NCBI GenBank assembly: GCA_034669905.1
Contig: JAXMOL010000013.1
Coordinates: 1 to 64,000, forward strand
Direction of reading: 5' to 3'
Source: Candidatus Hydrogenedentota bacterium
GTDB lineage: Bacteria; Hydrogenedentota; Hydrogenedentia; Hydrogenedentales; JAEUWI01
Length of the DNA stretch: 64,000 bases
The notes beneath the pieces are model-generated. The model did not search any database and had not been told where the DNA came from. It was given only the letters and a program-made list of their open reading frames with translations. Of this stretch, positions 9,902-19,028 are shown one piece after another; position 1 is the stretch's first letter, and each line of letters starts with the position of its first letter. A program made the translations under genes and the position numbers.

Positions 9902-10867
9902 ATGAAGAACGTACCTATTCTAACCATCGCCCTTTGCGGCCTCGCCCTGTCGGCAGGGGCCACCACCATCGGCCCTTACTCGGGCGGTGTGGCCAACCCC
10001 AACGACCCCAACGCCTACGACAGCCCCATCGCGGGCTACGTCGGGCCGGACGGTGAAGGCCGGGCCACGGCGAGTAACCACATTAACCCCATCTTTGCGG
10101 CCTGGGCCACGGGCTACACCGACTACATTCCCGCCCCCGGTGTGTCCGCAGGATTTCAGACGCCCGACAATCTCGTTGGGCCCCTGGCTTTTGGGGGACT
10201 CGATATCGTCTCACTGGGCGACCTCAACCAGGCCCAAATCGATGCCTGGCTCACCGACCCCGCAAATAATCCCGGTCCAGGCGAGATTACCCTGACCTTC
10301 GATTCCGGAATCAGCGATGGTGCGGGCGCGGACTTTGCCGTTTTTGAAAATGGCTTCCTCTTTCCCTTCACGATTCCCCAGAGCGGTCCCGTCGATGCCC
10401 TCCTTTTCGCCGAGCTGGCCTACGTAGAGGTCTCGTCGAATGGCGTGGACTTTGCCCGTTTCGATGCCCATAGCCTGCAAGATGGCCCGGTGGGTCCTTA
10501 CGGATCCATCGATCCGACGGCCTATTACAACGTGGCCGGAAAGCACGCGAACGGTGGCGGACAGAGCTGGGGCACGCCCTTTGATTTGGCCCAGCTTTCG
10601 GGACACGACCTGGTGCGGGACGGACTTCTTGACCTGAACAACGTGGGCTATGTGCGTCTCGTAGACATACCCGGAAGCGGCGATTTTCTCGATGCCTACG
10701 GGAACCCCATCTATGATGCCTGGGTGACGTGGGGAAGCGGTGGCGTGGACATGGATGCCATTGGCGTAATCCATACCGCACAAGCGCCTATTCCCGAGCC
10801 GGGCACTATGAGCCTCCTCAGCCTGGGTCTCGTGCTCCTGGCACGTCGCACCCGGCGCAACAGCTGA
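9902..10867 (+). CDS. PEP-CTERM-sorted cell-surface protein downstream of the B12 riboswitch
   Basis: Signal peptide; C-terminal IPEPGTMSLLSLGLVLLARRTRR (PEP, TM helix, Arg cluster); AAAGGA RBS. Confidence 0.88.
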   Translation: MKNVPILTIALCGLALSAGATTIGPYSGGVANPNDPNAYDSPIAGYVGPDGEGRATASNHINPIFAAWATGYTDYIPAPGVSAGFQTPDNLVGPLAFGGLDIVSLGDLNQAQIDAWLTDPANNPGPGEITLTFDSGISDGAGADFAVFENGFLFPFTIPQSGPVDALLFAELAYVEVSSNGVDFARFDAHSLQDGPVGPYGSIDPTAYYNVAGKHANGGGQSWGTPFDLAQLSGHDLVRDGLLDLNNVGYVRLVDIPGSGDFLDAYGNPIYDAWVTWGSGGVDMDAIGVIHTAQAPIPEPGTMSLLSLGLVLLARRTRRNS

Positions 10868-11134
10868 GTTTCAGGGCTGATGGGAGCGCCCGGTGCACCT
10901 ATGGCGTGCATCGGGCGCCCTACCGGGGCTTGGGACTTGGGAACGGGCAGATTCTTGCGAAACGGGTAATGAATACTTACAATGGTTGAACACTCGCTTG
11001 GCACACTGAACCAGGCGTTCTCCGATGTGTTCCTTCACATCGGCTGCCCTCAACGCGGTACCGTACGGCCTGACCGTCAGATCGTGTACCCTATTCATCC
11101 CGTTACGATGGCATACCTGAGAAAGGATTTCCCT

Positions 11135-12934
11135 ATGCGTTGCCTGAATGCCCTCCTGCTTTTTCTCTTGACTCCCCTCATGGCCCAGGCCCACGTGGGT
11201 AACCACCCGTCGGTCCACGATACGGTCGCGGGGGTCGTCCAGCGTCTACAGCAGACCCTGCCCACCGATGAGCTCAAAAACATTTCGGTGGAAAAAGTCC
11301 ACGCCGCCCTCACCGAGGAAGAGCGCCATATTCTGGGAACGGAACACGTGACCTTTCGCGTTAACGTGCCAGTGAATATCTATGTATTCCGCAAGGCCGA
11401 TATGAATGAAGTCGTCTTCTGGCTCGGGGAGCGGGGCTTCGAGAAAACCGACCTCGTTGCCAAGACGGATAACGGTGACTATGAGGGCTGGCGGAAGGCC
11501 TTTCCGGCGGGTGAAGTCGGGCTTGGCGTCAACTCGCTGAGCGGTAGTGGTGATCACTATTTCGCGGTCCTCGAACCGCAGAACGAAGGGGATGTGATCA
11601 AGGTCAATCAGATTTATCCGGGGCAGTATACCACCGGTACCTTCAAGGAGGAGGAGCGCATCTATGTGAGTTGGCATGAGGCCAAACTGACGGGTGTCCC
11701 CGAGGCCCTCGCCGGGCAGACCCTCTTCCGGGGCAATGAAAACAAGCGTCGTTCCGCCAAGTTGACCAACGTCTATCAGACGACGGACTTTCCCGCCACG
11801 GAGAAGCCGGACCAGGTGGTATTAACGTGGACGGGTGATCCGAAGACGACCCAGACGGTACAGTGGCGCACGAGCACGGCGGTGAATAACGCGGCCCTGC
11901 GGTATCGCATGAAGAAGCTGCCCGGCTCGGAAGCGGCCGATCGGTGGATCATGGTGGCTGCCAACACGAGCACGCTGGTCAGCCACAATACCATCAACGA
12001 CCCCATCGTCCACCGCCATGTCGTGAACCTCATCGGGCTCGAACCCGGAACGGTCTATGAATATGAAGTGGGGGACGGCAGCCGTATCGGCTGGACGGAG
12101 CCGGTTGAGTTTACGACTGCCCCGGCAAAAGATGCGCCCTTCAAGTTTATTTATATGGGCGACGCGCAGAATGGCCTGGATACCTGGGGTAAATTGGCCC
12201 ATCAGTCTTACGCCGCGGAACCCGATGCGGCCTTCTACATCATGGCGGGTGACCTCATTAACCGCGGTAACGAGCGGGATGACTGGGACAGCTTCTTCTA
12301 CAATGCGGACGGCATCTTCAATCGGAAACAGCTTGTGCCCGCCATTGGTAACCACGAAGACCAGGGTGACAAGGGGCCGTGGATGTACCTTGAGCTTTTC
12401 AACCTGCCGCTGAATGGACCCGAAGGCGTGACGCCGGAACGGGCCTACCACTTTGAATACAGCAATGCCCTTTTTGTGGTGCTCGATTCCAACGTGGCGC
12501 CGGCCGACCAGGTGGAATGGCTCGACGCCCAATTGGCGGCGTCGGACAAGCTCTGGAAGTTCGCCATCTATCACCACCCGGCTTATTCTTCCGGCGAGAA
12601 TCGGAACAACGCCGAGGTCCGTGAACTGTGGGGCAGCCTCTTCGACAAGTACCATGTGGACCTCGCCCTTCAGGGACACGACCACGCCTATCTGCGCACC
12701 TGGCCCATGAAGGACGAGAAGCGGGTGGCGACGCCTGCCGAGGGCACGATTTATATTGTGTCGGTCTCGGGGACGAAGCACTATGATCAGGGCGAATTCG
12801 ACTACACCGAATTCGGCATGACCAACGTGGCGACCTATCAGGTGCTCGACCTGAAGATCGACGGCAACAAACTGACCTACAAAGCCTATGACATCGACGG
12901 AAAACTGCGCGATGAGTTTGTGATCGAGAAATAG
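11135..12934 (+). CDS. Secreted FN3/PAP-like metallophosphoesterase, paralog 3
   Basis: Signal peptide AQA|H; GDAQ, GDLIN, GNHE, HHP, GHDH; most similar to paralog 2. Confidence 0.88.
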   Translation: MRCLNALLLFLLTPLMAQAHVGNHPSVHDTVAGVVQRLQQTLPTDELKNISVEKVHAALTEEERHILGTEHVTFRVNVPVNIYVFRKADMNEVVFWLGERGFEKTDLVAKTDNGDYEGWRKAFPAGEVGLGVNSLSGSGDHYFAVLEPQNEGDVIKVNQIYPGQYTTGTFKEEERIYVSWHEAKLTGVPEALAGQTLFRGNENKRRSAKLTNVYQTTDFPATEKPDQVVLTWTGDPKTTQTVQWRTSTAVNNAALRYRMKKLPGSEAADRWIMVAANTSTLVSHNTINDPIVHRHVVNLIGLEPGTVYEYEVGDGSRIGWTEPVEFTTAPAKDAPFKFIYMGDAQNGLDTWGKLAHQSYAAEPDAAFYIMAGDLINRGNERDDWDSFFYNADGIFNRKQLVPAIGNHEDQGDKGPWMYLELFNLPLNGPEGVTPERAYHFEYSNALFVVLDSNVAPADQVEWLDAQLAASDKLWKFAIYHHPAYSSGENRNNAEVRELWGSLFDKYHVDLALQGHDHAYLRTWPMKDEKRVATPAEGTIYIVSVSGTKHYDQGEFDYTEFGMTNVATYQVLDLKIDGNKLTYKAYDIDGKLRDEFVIEK

Positions 12935-12953
12935 ACGATAACGTGTCTGGCTA

Positions 12954-12987
12954 CGGCGCACCTGGGATTCCGGGTGCGCCGTTTTTC
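12954..12987 (+). terminator. Rho-independent terminator
   Basis: CGGCGCACC...GGTGCGCCG stem followed by TTTTTT. Confidence 0.85.
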
Positions 12988-13090
12988 GTTTTGCCCATGC
13001 GGCGACCTGGATGTGGGGCGTGTTGTATGACGATTCGCCGCAGGAGCGGCAGGGCATTGCGTGACTATGGGGGACCGTAGTCACGAGCGC

Positions 13091-13150
13091 AAAGGACCTA
13101 AAGGACGAATGAAGCAGGCTCACCAGGCGGATTTGTCCTTTAGGTCCTTT
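13091..13150. repeat. Perfect 16-bp inverted repeat built from 9-mer units
   Basis: AAAGGACCTAAAGGAC-N28-GTCCTTTAGGTCCTTT, with a further TTTAGGTCCTTT copy just downstream. Confidence 0.75.
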
Positions 13151-13254
13151 TCGTCGTTTAGGTCCTTTAAGGTCTTCCCTTAACACCCGCCTTCGCCCCG
13201 TGCTATGCTGGTCGCTTGTTCTGCATTACCGATACCTTCTGGAGACCTTGACCC

Positions 13255-15258
13255 ATGATGAAGTATTTTTCCGTGACCCTGATAGCTGCCTTCCTGGCGC
13301 CGTTGACCGTCGCCGAGCCCGCCCAGTTCCACGTCGGCCCCGACGCCACTTACCCGACCCTGGAAGCCGCGCGGGATGCTATTCGCGCAGCGAAAGCCAA
13401 CGACGGCCTGCCGGAAGGGGCCGAGGTCCATATCCAGACCGGCGACTATGTCCTGGAAAAGCCCTTCACCCTCGGTGTCCAGGACTCGGGCACCGCCGCT
13501 GCGCCCATCCGCTATGTGGCCGAATCGGGGGCCCGACTCCTCGGCGGACGTCTGGTCACGGGCTTTGCGCCCGTTACCGATGAGGCCACCCTGGGGCGTC
13601 TTGACGAGACCGCACGGGACACGGTGGTGCAGGTGAATCTTAAGGCCTTGGGCATCACCGAATTCGGCTCACCTGCGGGTGGCGGGGTGGAACTCTTTTT
13701 CGATGGCCAGCGCATGACCCTGTCCCGCTGGCCCAACGAAGGCTTTGTCGATATCGTCGATGTTACCGACTACGACGGCCACGTTATCCACGGCCGAAAA
13801 GGCAGCAAGACCGGTTCCTTCATTTACGACGACCCTCGCCCGGAAGGTTGGGTCGATGAGGCCGATGCCTGGCTGCATGGCTACTGGTTCTGGGACTGGT
13901 CCGAGCAGCGCCATCCCATTGCGACCATTGACACGGAGGCCAAGGTGCTCACGGTGAAAGAGCCCTATCATAACTACGGCTACCGTAAGGGCGGCTACTA
14001 TTACGCCTATAACTTGTTGAGCGAATTGGATGCGCCCGGCGAATGGTATCTGGATCGGGATTCGGGCATCCTCTATTTCTGGCCGCCCTCCGACCCTGCG
14101 AATGTCGAGGTGATGGTCACCCTGTTGCCCAATCTGATGAAGCTGGAAAAGACATCCTTTGTGACCATTCAGGGGCTTACCCTGGAAGGCGCCCGGGGCG
14201 GTGTGGTGTCGGTCCGCGAGGGCGAAGGCGTTCGCCTCAACGGCCTGACCGTGCGGAACAGTGGCGGGGGCGCCATTTCGGTAAGCGGCGGTAAGAACCA
14301 CGGCGTCGAAGGCTGCGATATTTACGGCATGGGCTCCTCCGGCATCAGCATCAGCGGCGGTGACCGCACCACGCTCACACCGGCGGGTCACTTTGCCGTG
14401 AATAACCACGTGCACCACTACGCCGAGATCAAGCGCGTCTATGCGGCGGGTATCCATGTGCACGGCGTGGGCAACCGCGTGGCAAACAACTACATCCACG
14501 ACGCGCCCCACATGGCCATCGGTTTTGGCGGGAACGACCACCTCATCGAGCTGAACGAAATTCACGACGTGTGTCTGGAGTCCAACGATGCAGGCGCCAT
14601 GTACACGGGTCGGGACTGGACCCAGCGGGGCCACATGATTCGTCACAACTATCTCTATGACATCAACGGCTATCAGGACAAAGGCAGCGTGGGCATCTAC
14701 CTCGATGATATGTTCTCTTCGGCCGATATGGTGGGCAATGTGTTCCGCAATGTCTATCGGGCGGCCTTCATCGGCGGCGGTCGGGATTGCTCGGTGGTGA
14801 ACAATATTTTTGTGGATTGTAAAAAGGCCTTGCATATCGACGCCCGGGCCATGGGTTGGGCCCACGGCCATTCCGACGAATGGATCGCCGAAGCGAAGGA
14901 AAAGGGCACCCTCAAGGGCATCGCCTACAACAAGCCGCCCTACTCCGAGCGTTATCCGGAACTGGTGAATATTATCGAGAACGAGCCCGCGGCCCCGGTG
15001 GGCAACCTGGTGGCCCGCAATATCTTCGTGGGCGAAGGCTGGAAGGACGTGGAAGGCAAGGCGGACCCCTATATCGAATACAAAGACAATTTGTCCGACA
15101 CGGATCCGCTCTTTGTGAACAAGGAAAAACACGATTATCGCCTGAAGCCGTCGTCGCCCGCCTTGGCCTTGGGTTTTGAGGCGATTCCGTTGGAGAAGAT
15201 GGGCTTGTTTGAGAGTCCGCTGCGGGCGAGTTGGCCGGTCGCAGGGAGTGAGAAGTAG
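13255..15258 (+). CDS. Secreted right-handed parallel beta-helix protein (pectin-lyase fold, GH141-like)
   Basis: Signal peptide; RWPN, ELDAPGEWYLD, DAGAMY, GIYLDD; many Asn-ladder beta-helix repeats. Confidence 0.8.
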   Translation: MMKYFSVTLIAAFLAPLTVAEPAQFHVGPDATYPTLEAARDAIRAAKANDGLPEGAEVHIQTGDYVLEKPFTLGVQDSGTAAAPIRYVAESGARLLGGRLVTGFAPVTDEATLGRLDETARDTVVQVNLKALGITEFGSPAGGGVELFFDGQRMTLSRWPNEGFVDIVDVTDYDGHVIHGRKGSKTGSFIYDDPRPEGWVDEADAWLHGYWFWDWSEQRHPIATIDTEAKVLTVKEPYHNYGYRKGGYYYAYNLLSELDAPGEWYLDRDSGILYFWPPSDPANVEVMVTLLPNLMKLEKTSFVTIQGLTLEGARGGVVSVREGEGVRLNGLTVRNSGGGAISVSGGKNHGVEGCDIYGMGSSGISISGGDRTTLTPAGHFAVNNHVHHYAEIKRVYAAGIHVHGVGNRVANNYIHDAPHMAIGFGGNDHLIELNEIHDVCLESNDAGAMYTGRDWTQRGHMIRHNYLYDINGYQDKGSVGIYLDDMFSSADMVGNVFRNVYRAAFIGGGRDCSVVNNIFVDCKKALHIDARAMGWAHGHSDEWIAEAKEKGTLKGIAYNKPPYSERYPELVNIIENEPAAPVGNLVARNIFVGEGWKDVEGKADPYIEYKDNLSDTDPLFVNKEKHDYRLKPSSPALALGFEAIPLEKMGLFESPLRASWPVAGSEK

Positions 15259-15300
15259 TCGCAGTTGGTAGGAGTGCCCCAGAAAGGCGGATACAACGGA

Positions 15301-15597
15301 ATGACGACAAAGGAAAAACTCCAAGAGGGCGCGGGACTATCGCAATCCAATTGGCTTTGGTTCTTGGCGCTGCTTCCCTTGTTAGTTACCGCCGTATTCG
15401 AAGACCTCCCTGGCGGTGTGGTGACCCAACTACTTGCTTTCGTGGCGGGCACGGCGGCGTTTGGCGCGCTGGTCCGTCAGGCAAAGGCGATAGGGGACAA
15501 GAGGGCACTCTTTTTCGCCCGTACATTCATGGTCTGCTACGTAGTGCCCATCCTTTCGGTGTTGGGTTGGCTGCTATATGATTTGTTTGCGGGCTAA
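15301..15597 (+). CDS. Small membrane protein (about 3 TM helices), unknown function
   Basis: 98-aa ORF with three hydrophobic segments, filling the intergenic gap. Confidence 0.5.
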   Translation: MTTKEKLQEGAGLSQSNWLWFLALLPLLVTAVFEDLPGGVVTQLLAFVAGTAAFGALVRQAKAIGDKRALFFARTFMVCYVVPILSVLGWLLYDLFAG

Positions 15598-15751
15598 CAA
15601 GCAGGCCCTGGGGTTTACATAAAGAAGCCGGTAAACGTGGCATATGGTGCTCGGAACGGCCGAACGTGTGCGTTGTTGTGGGTAAGAAAATCCGCACTCC
15701 GAGCAGATGTTGCCCAAGGGTTCACGAGATTTTGAAAACAGAGGAAGTGTC

Positions 15752-17305
15752 ATGAAATATCTAGTAAGTTTGGTCTCGATTGCTCTTATGGTTTTTTCGG
15801 CCGCTGCCCAGGCCCCGCGCTATGATCTGGTCGTCTATGGCGGCACGTCGGCGGGCGTCGTCGCGGCGGTGCAGGCCCACCGCATGGGCAAGACCGCCAT
15901 CGTCATTGAGCCGGGGCAGCATCTGGGTGGTTTGAGCTCCGGCGGGCTGGGCGCGACGGACATTGGCAACAAAAAGGCCATCGGCGGTATCTCCCGGGAG
16001 TTCTACCAGCGGCTCGGAAAGCATTATGGCAACGAAGAGAACTGGACCTTTGAACCCCACGTGGCGGAGGCGACCTTCAACACCATGATGAAAGAGGCCA
16101 AGGTGCCGGTGGTCTTTGGGGAGCGCCTAAACCGCGAGGATGGTATCGTGATGGAAGACGGTGCCATTCGTTCCATCACCATGGAAAGTGGCAAGGAATA
16201 CGCGGGGAAGGTCTTCATCGACGCCACCTACGAAGGGGACCTCATGGCCCTCGCGGGCGTGCCCTTCCATGTGGGCCGCGAATCCAACGCGACCTATGGC
16301 GAAACCCTCAATGGGGTCCAGACCAAGCACGCGAAGTTTCACCAGTTTAAGGTGCCCATCGACCCCTACGTCGTGCCCGGCGATCCCTCGAGCGGCCTCT
16401 TGCCCCATATTCAGGAGGGAGGCCCGGGCGAAGAAGGGAGTGGCGACCACCGCGTCCAGGGTTATTGCTTCCGCATGTGCCTCACCAACGACCCGGACAA
16501 CCGTCTGCCCTTTCCCAAGCCGGAAAACTACGACTCCTTCGACTACGAATTGCTGCTTCGTTATCTCAAGGCCGGACATTGGACCGTGATGAACTTGTCC
16601 AAGGCCATGCCCAATTCGAAGACGGACACGAACAACAAGGGGGCCTTTGCCACCGATTTCATCGGCGGCAACTACGACTATCCCGAAGGGGACTACGCGA
16701 CCCGGGAACGGATTATTCAGGCCCACAAAGACTATCAGCAGGGACTCATGTATTTCCTGGCGAATGACCCGCGTGTGCCGAAAGCGGTCCACGACGAAAT
16801 GCAGCAGTGGGGATTGCCGAAAGACGAATTCCTCGACAATGGCGGCTGGCCCCACCAACTCTACATCCGCGAAGCGCGCCGTATGATCTCCGACTACGTC
16901 ATGATCGAGCAGAACTGTATGGGCACCCGCACAATCGACGATGCGGTGGGCCTGGGGGCCTACACCATGGACTCCCACCACATGCAACGCTATGTGAAGG
17001 ATGGCCGGGTGTTGAACGAAGGCGACGTGGAAGTGGGCGGCTTCGGTCCCTACCCTATCGCCTACCGTTCCATTCGCCCTGCGAAGAAAGACAGCACCAA
17101 CCTCCTCGTGCCCGTGGCCCTGTCGGCATCCCACATTGCCTATGGCTCCATTCGCATGGAGCCCGTGTTCATGGTGCTGGGCCAGTCGGCGGCTACGGCG
17201 GCCGTGATGGCGATCGACGGGGGCGTGGCCGTGCAGGATGTGGACGTGCCCAAGCTCCAGAAACGCCTCCTGGCGGACAAGCAGGTATTGGTTTGGGAAG
17301 AATGA
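15752..17305 (+). CDS. Secreted FAD-dependent oxidoreductase (FAD_oxidored family)
   Basis: Signal peptide; YDLVVYGGTSAGVVAAVQA, FIDATYEGDL, YIREARRM, SASHIAYGSIRMEPVFM. Confidence 0.88.
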   Translation: MKYLVSLVSIALMVFSAAAQAPRYDLVVYGGTSAGVVAAVQAHRMGKTAIVIEPGQHLGGLSSGGLGATDIGNKKAIGGISREFYQRLGKHYGNEENWTFEPHVAEATFNTMMKEAKVPVVFGERLNREDGIVMEDGAIRSITMESGKEYAGKVFIDATYEGDLMALAGVPFHVGRESNATYGETLNGVQTKHAKFHQFKVPIDPYVVPGDPSSGLLPHIQEGGPGEEGSGDHRVQGYCFRMCLTNDPDNRLPFPKPENYDSFDYELLLRYLKAGHWTVMNLSKAMPNSKTDTNNKGAFATDFIGGNYDYPEGDYATRERIIQAHKDYQQGLMYFLANDPRVPKAVHDEMQQWGLPKDEFLDNGGWPHQLYIREARRMISDYVMIEQNCMGTRTIDDAVGLGAYTMDSHHMQRYVKDGRVLNEGDVEVGGFGPYPIAYRSIRPAKKDSTNLLVPVALSASHIAYGSIRMEPVFMVLGQSAATAAVMAIDGGVAVQDVDVPKLQKRLLADKQVLVWEE

Positions 17306-17347
17306 AGGGTGAAGGGTGAAGGGTGAAGGGTGAAGGGTGAAGGGTGA
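17306..17347. repeat. Heptamer tandem repeat (AGGGTGA)6
   Basis: 6 perfect copies starting immediately after the TGA stop at 17303-17305, followed by ATTGAG. Confidence 0.97.
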
Positions 17348-17559
17348 ATTGAGTGGGTTGGTCGTTCCGGCGGACAGGTCATGTCGGAAGGACATTAGAA
17401 ATCACGTGTCCCTTTGATCGTGCCGAGAAACATGCCGCCTGCCTCTTGATGCCCTTGCACTCTCATCACGGGCTTTGTGTCAGGCGGAACGCCTGACACA
17501 CGACGGTGGCCTATGGAGCGCCGTCGGCCCGACAGCATCGTGCGCCAGCACGGGAATAA

Positions 17560-18489
17560 TCAATCCACGTGTTCCCCATCCAGCAGGGGCCGCAGCCACC
17601 CATTCATGAAGGTCTCTATGCCGCCCAAGTTCATGTGGTCCAGGTTGTAGTATTTTGTCCGGTCGGGCATGACGTTGACCCAGTCGTAGACATCCAGGCG
17701 CCCCTCGTTTACCAGGCCCCCGAGCCAAGTTACCATCGCCGCGTGTCCCGGTTCCGGGCCGAGCAGGGTAGGGGGAACGATGACAGTCAGGGGCGTGTCG
17801 TTCGCTTCGCACAGGGCCACGATGCGCGCAAACTCTGCCGTGTACGTTTCGAAGACGGTTTCCTGCAGACCAATGGGATAGAGGGAGTCCAGTCGCAGCG
17901 CGATGCGTTTGGCGGTGACTTCTTCCGCTGCGATAGGCGCGATGTGATGGACCAGGGGCTGGGGCCCCTGGAAAAGCCACGCCCCACTGAATTTGGACCG
18001 GGCATAGGTAATGATGCGCCGGTAGGGGTAGCCATTGGCGACGAGTTTTCCAAAGAAGCGCACCTGAAAGGGTTCGAAGTACACAAACTTGTGGTTGGTG
18101 TTGGCCCCTTCACTGTACAGCACGAAGGGGTCCAGGAAGTAAATGACCCGGTCGGTGGTATTGCCCGATTCGAAAAAACGCTCCAGATAAAAACGCGCAG
18201 GCGTGATGCCGCCGCCCTGGGGCAGGGCCATGTTGAAAACCGTGCGGTCCAGCGCAGTCTCCATCGCGGCGTGGTGTTCTTCAAAGCGGGAAAAGAGATA
18301 GGTCCGTGACGTGCCCAGCAGGGCCAGGTCGCGATGGGCCGACTGGGGCATCGTAAGGAGGACGGAGTCGGTTTCCCATGGCACCTTCGTCAGCGTGGCG
18401 GCATGGGCATAGAGTAGCAGGAGGGCCAGTAGTCCGTTAAGTATACCGAAGGCGAACCCTTTGAGGAGCAGTTGCTTCATGGGGTTCAA
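17560..18489 (-). CDS. Membrane-anchored SGNH/DltD-like hypothetical protein
   Basis: N-terminal TM helix; LLGTSR (block I Ser), FNMAL, C-terminal YYNLDHMN; 4-nt overlap with the upstream gene. Confidence 0.55.
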   Translation of the reverse strand: MNPMKQLLLKGFAFGILNGLLALLLLYAHAATLTKVPWETDSVLLTMPQSAHRDLALLGTSRTYLFSRFEEHHAAMETALDRTVFNMALPQGGGITPARFYLERFFESGNTTDRVIYFLDPFVLYSEGANTNHKFVYFEPFQVRFFGKLVANGYPYRRIITYARSKFSGAWLFQGPQPLVHHIAPIAAEEVTAKRIALRLDSLYPIGLQETVFETYTAEFARIVALCEANDTPLTVIVPPTLLGPEPGHAAMVTWLGGLVNEGRLDVYDWVNVMPDRTKYYNLDHMNLGGIETFMNGWLRPLLDGEHVD

Positions 18490-19028
18490 TCGTCCGCCTT
18501 AGCCTGGTACTGTTCCGACTCACCCGGCGCAATGGACAGGCTTGTCCACCGATCGCCACGGTGCATTCGGGCAAGGTAAACCAGTTGTCCCACGTGGTAT
18601 CCGTAGTGGCCCAACTGGCGGTTGATCGCGTCCACCACCGTTAGCGATTGTCGGCGAATGGTCACGGTGCGGGTCAGGTCTTCGGCTTCCAGCTTCGCCA
18701 GCGTATCCAATAAAACGGTCCAGCCCGCCTCCCAGTGGGCTCTCAGTTCTTCGGGTGTCTGCTCCGTCCGTGCCTCGAATTCCTGATCGCGGAAACGGTC
18801 CGCTTTTTCGCCATCGCTCGTCAGAAAATTGGTCCACCGGGAACGCATGTTGCCGCTGACATGTTGAATGATGACGGCGATGCTGTTTACGCCACCGGAG
18901 GGGACCTTATGCCAGTCCTCTGACTCCAACGGGTCAAGTGCCCCGTCGCCCAAGGCCTTCAACTTGCGAAAGCGGGTTCGGTAGGAGTTCAGTAAGCATT
19001 CCGCAAGTTGCGCGTTGCTATTCATCAT
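18486..19028 (-). CDS. DinB-superfamily protein (DUF1572-like)
   Basis: NSIAVIIQHVSGNMRSRWTNFLTSDGEK, RDQEF, HYGYHVGQ. Confidence 0.85.
   Translation of the reverse strand: MMNSNAQLAECLLNSYRTRFRKLKALGDGALDPLESEDWHKVPSGGVNSIAVIIQHVSGNMRSRWTNFLTSDGEKADRFRDQEFEARTEQTPEELRAHWEAGWTVLLDTLAKLEAEDLTRTVTIRRQSLTVVDAINRQLGHYGYHVGQLVYLARMHRGDRWTSLSIAPGESEQYQAKADD

Noticed and set aside
13669..15324. Long antisense ORFs (also 24639-26369, 41739-43289, 44942-46363, 47434-49215, 57118-58620, 59823-61238)
   Set aside because: Typical stop-poor shadow frames opposite real genes in GC-rich DNA, with no motifs.
15638..15651. Possible sigma-54 promoter TGGCATATGGTGC
   Set aside because: GG-to-GC spacing is 8 nt rather than the required 10.
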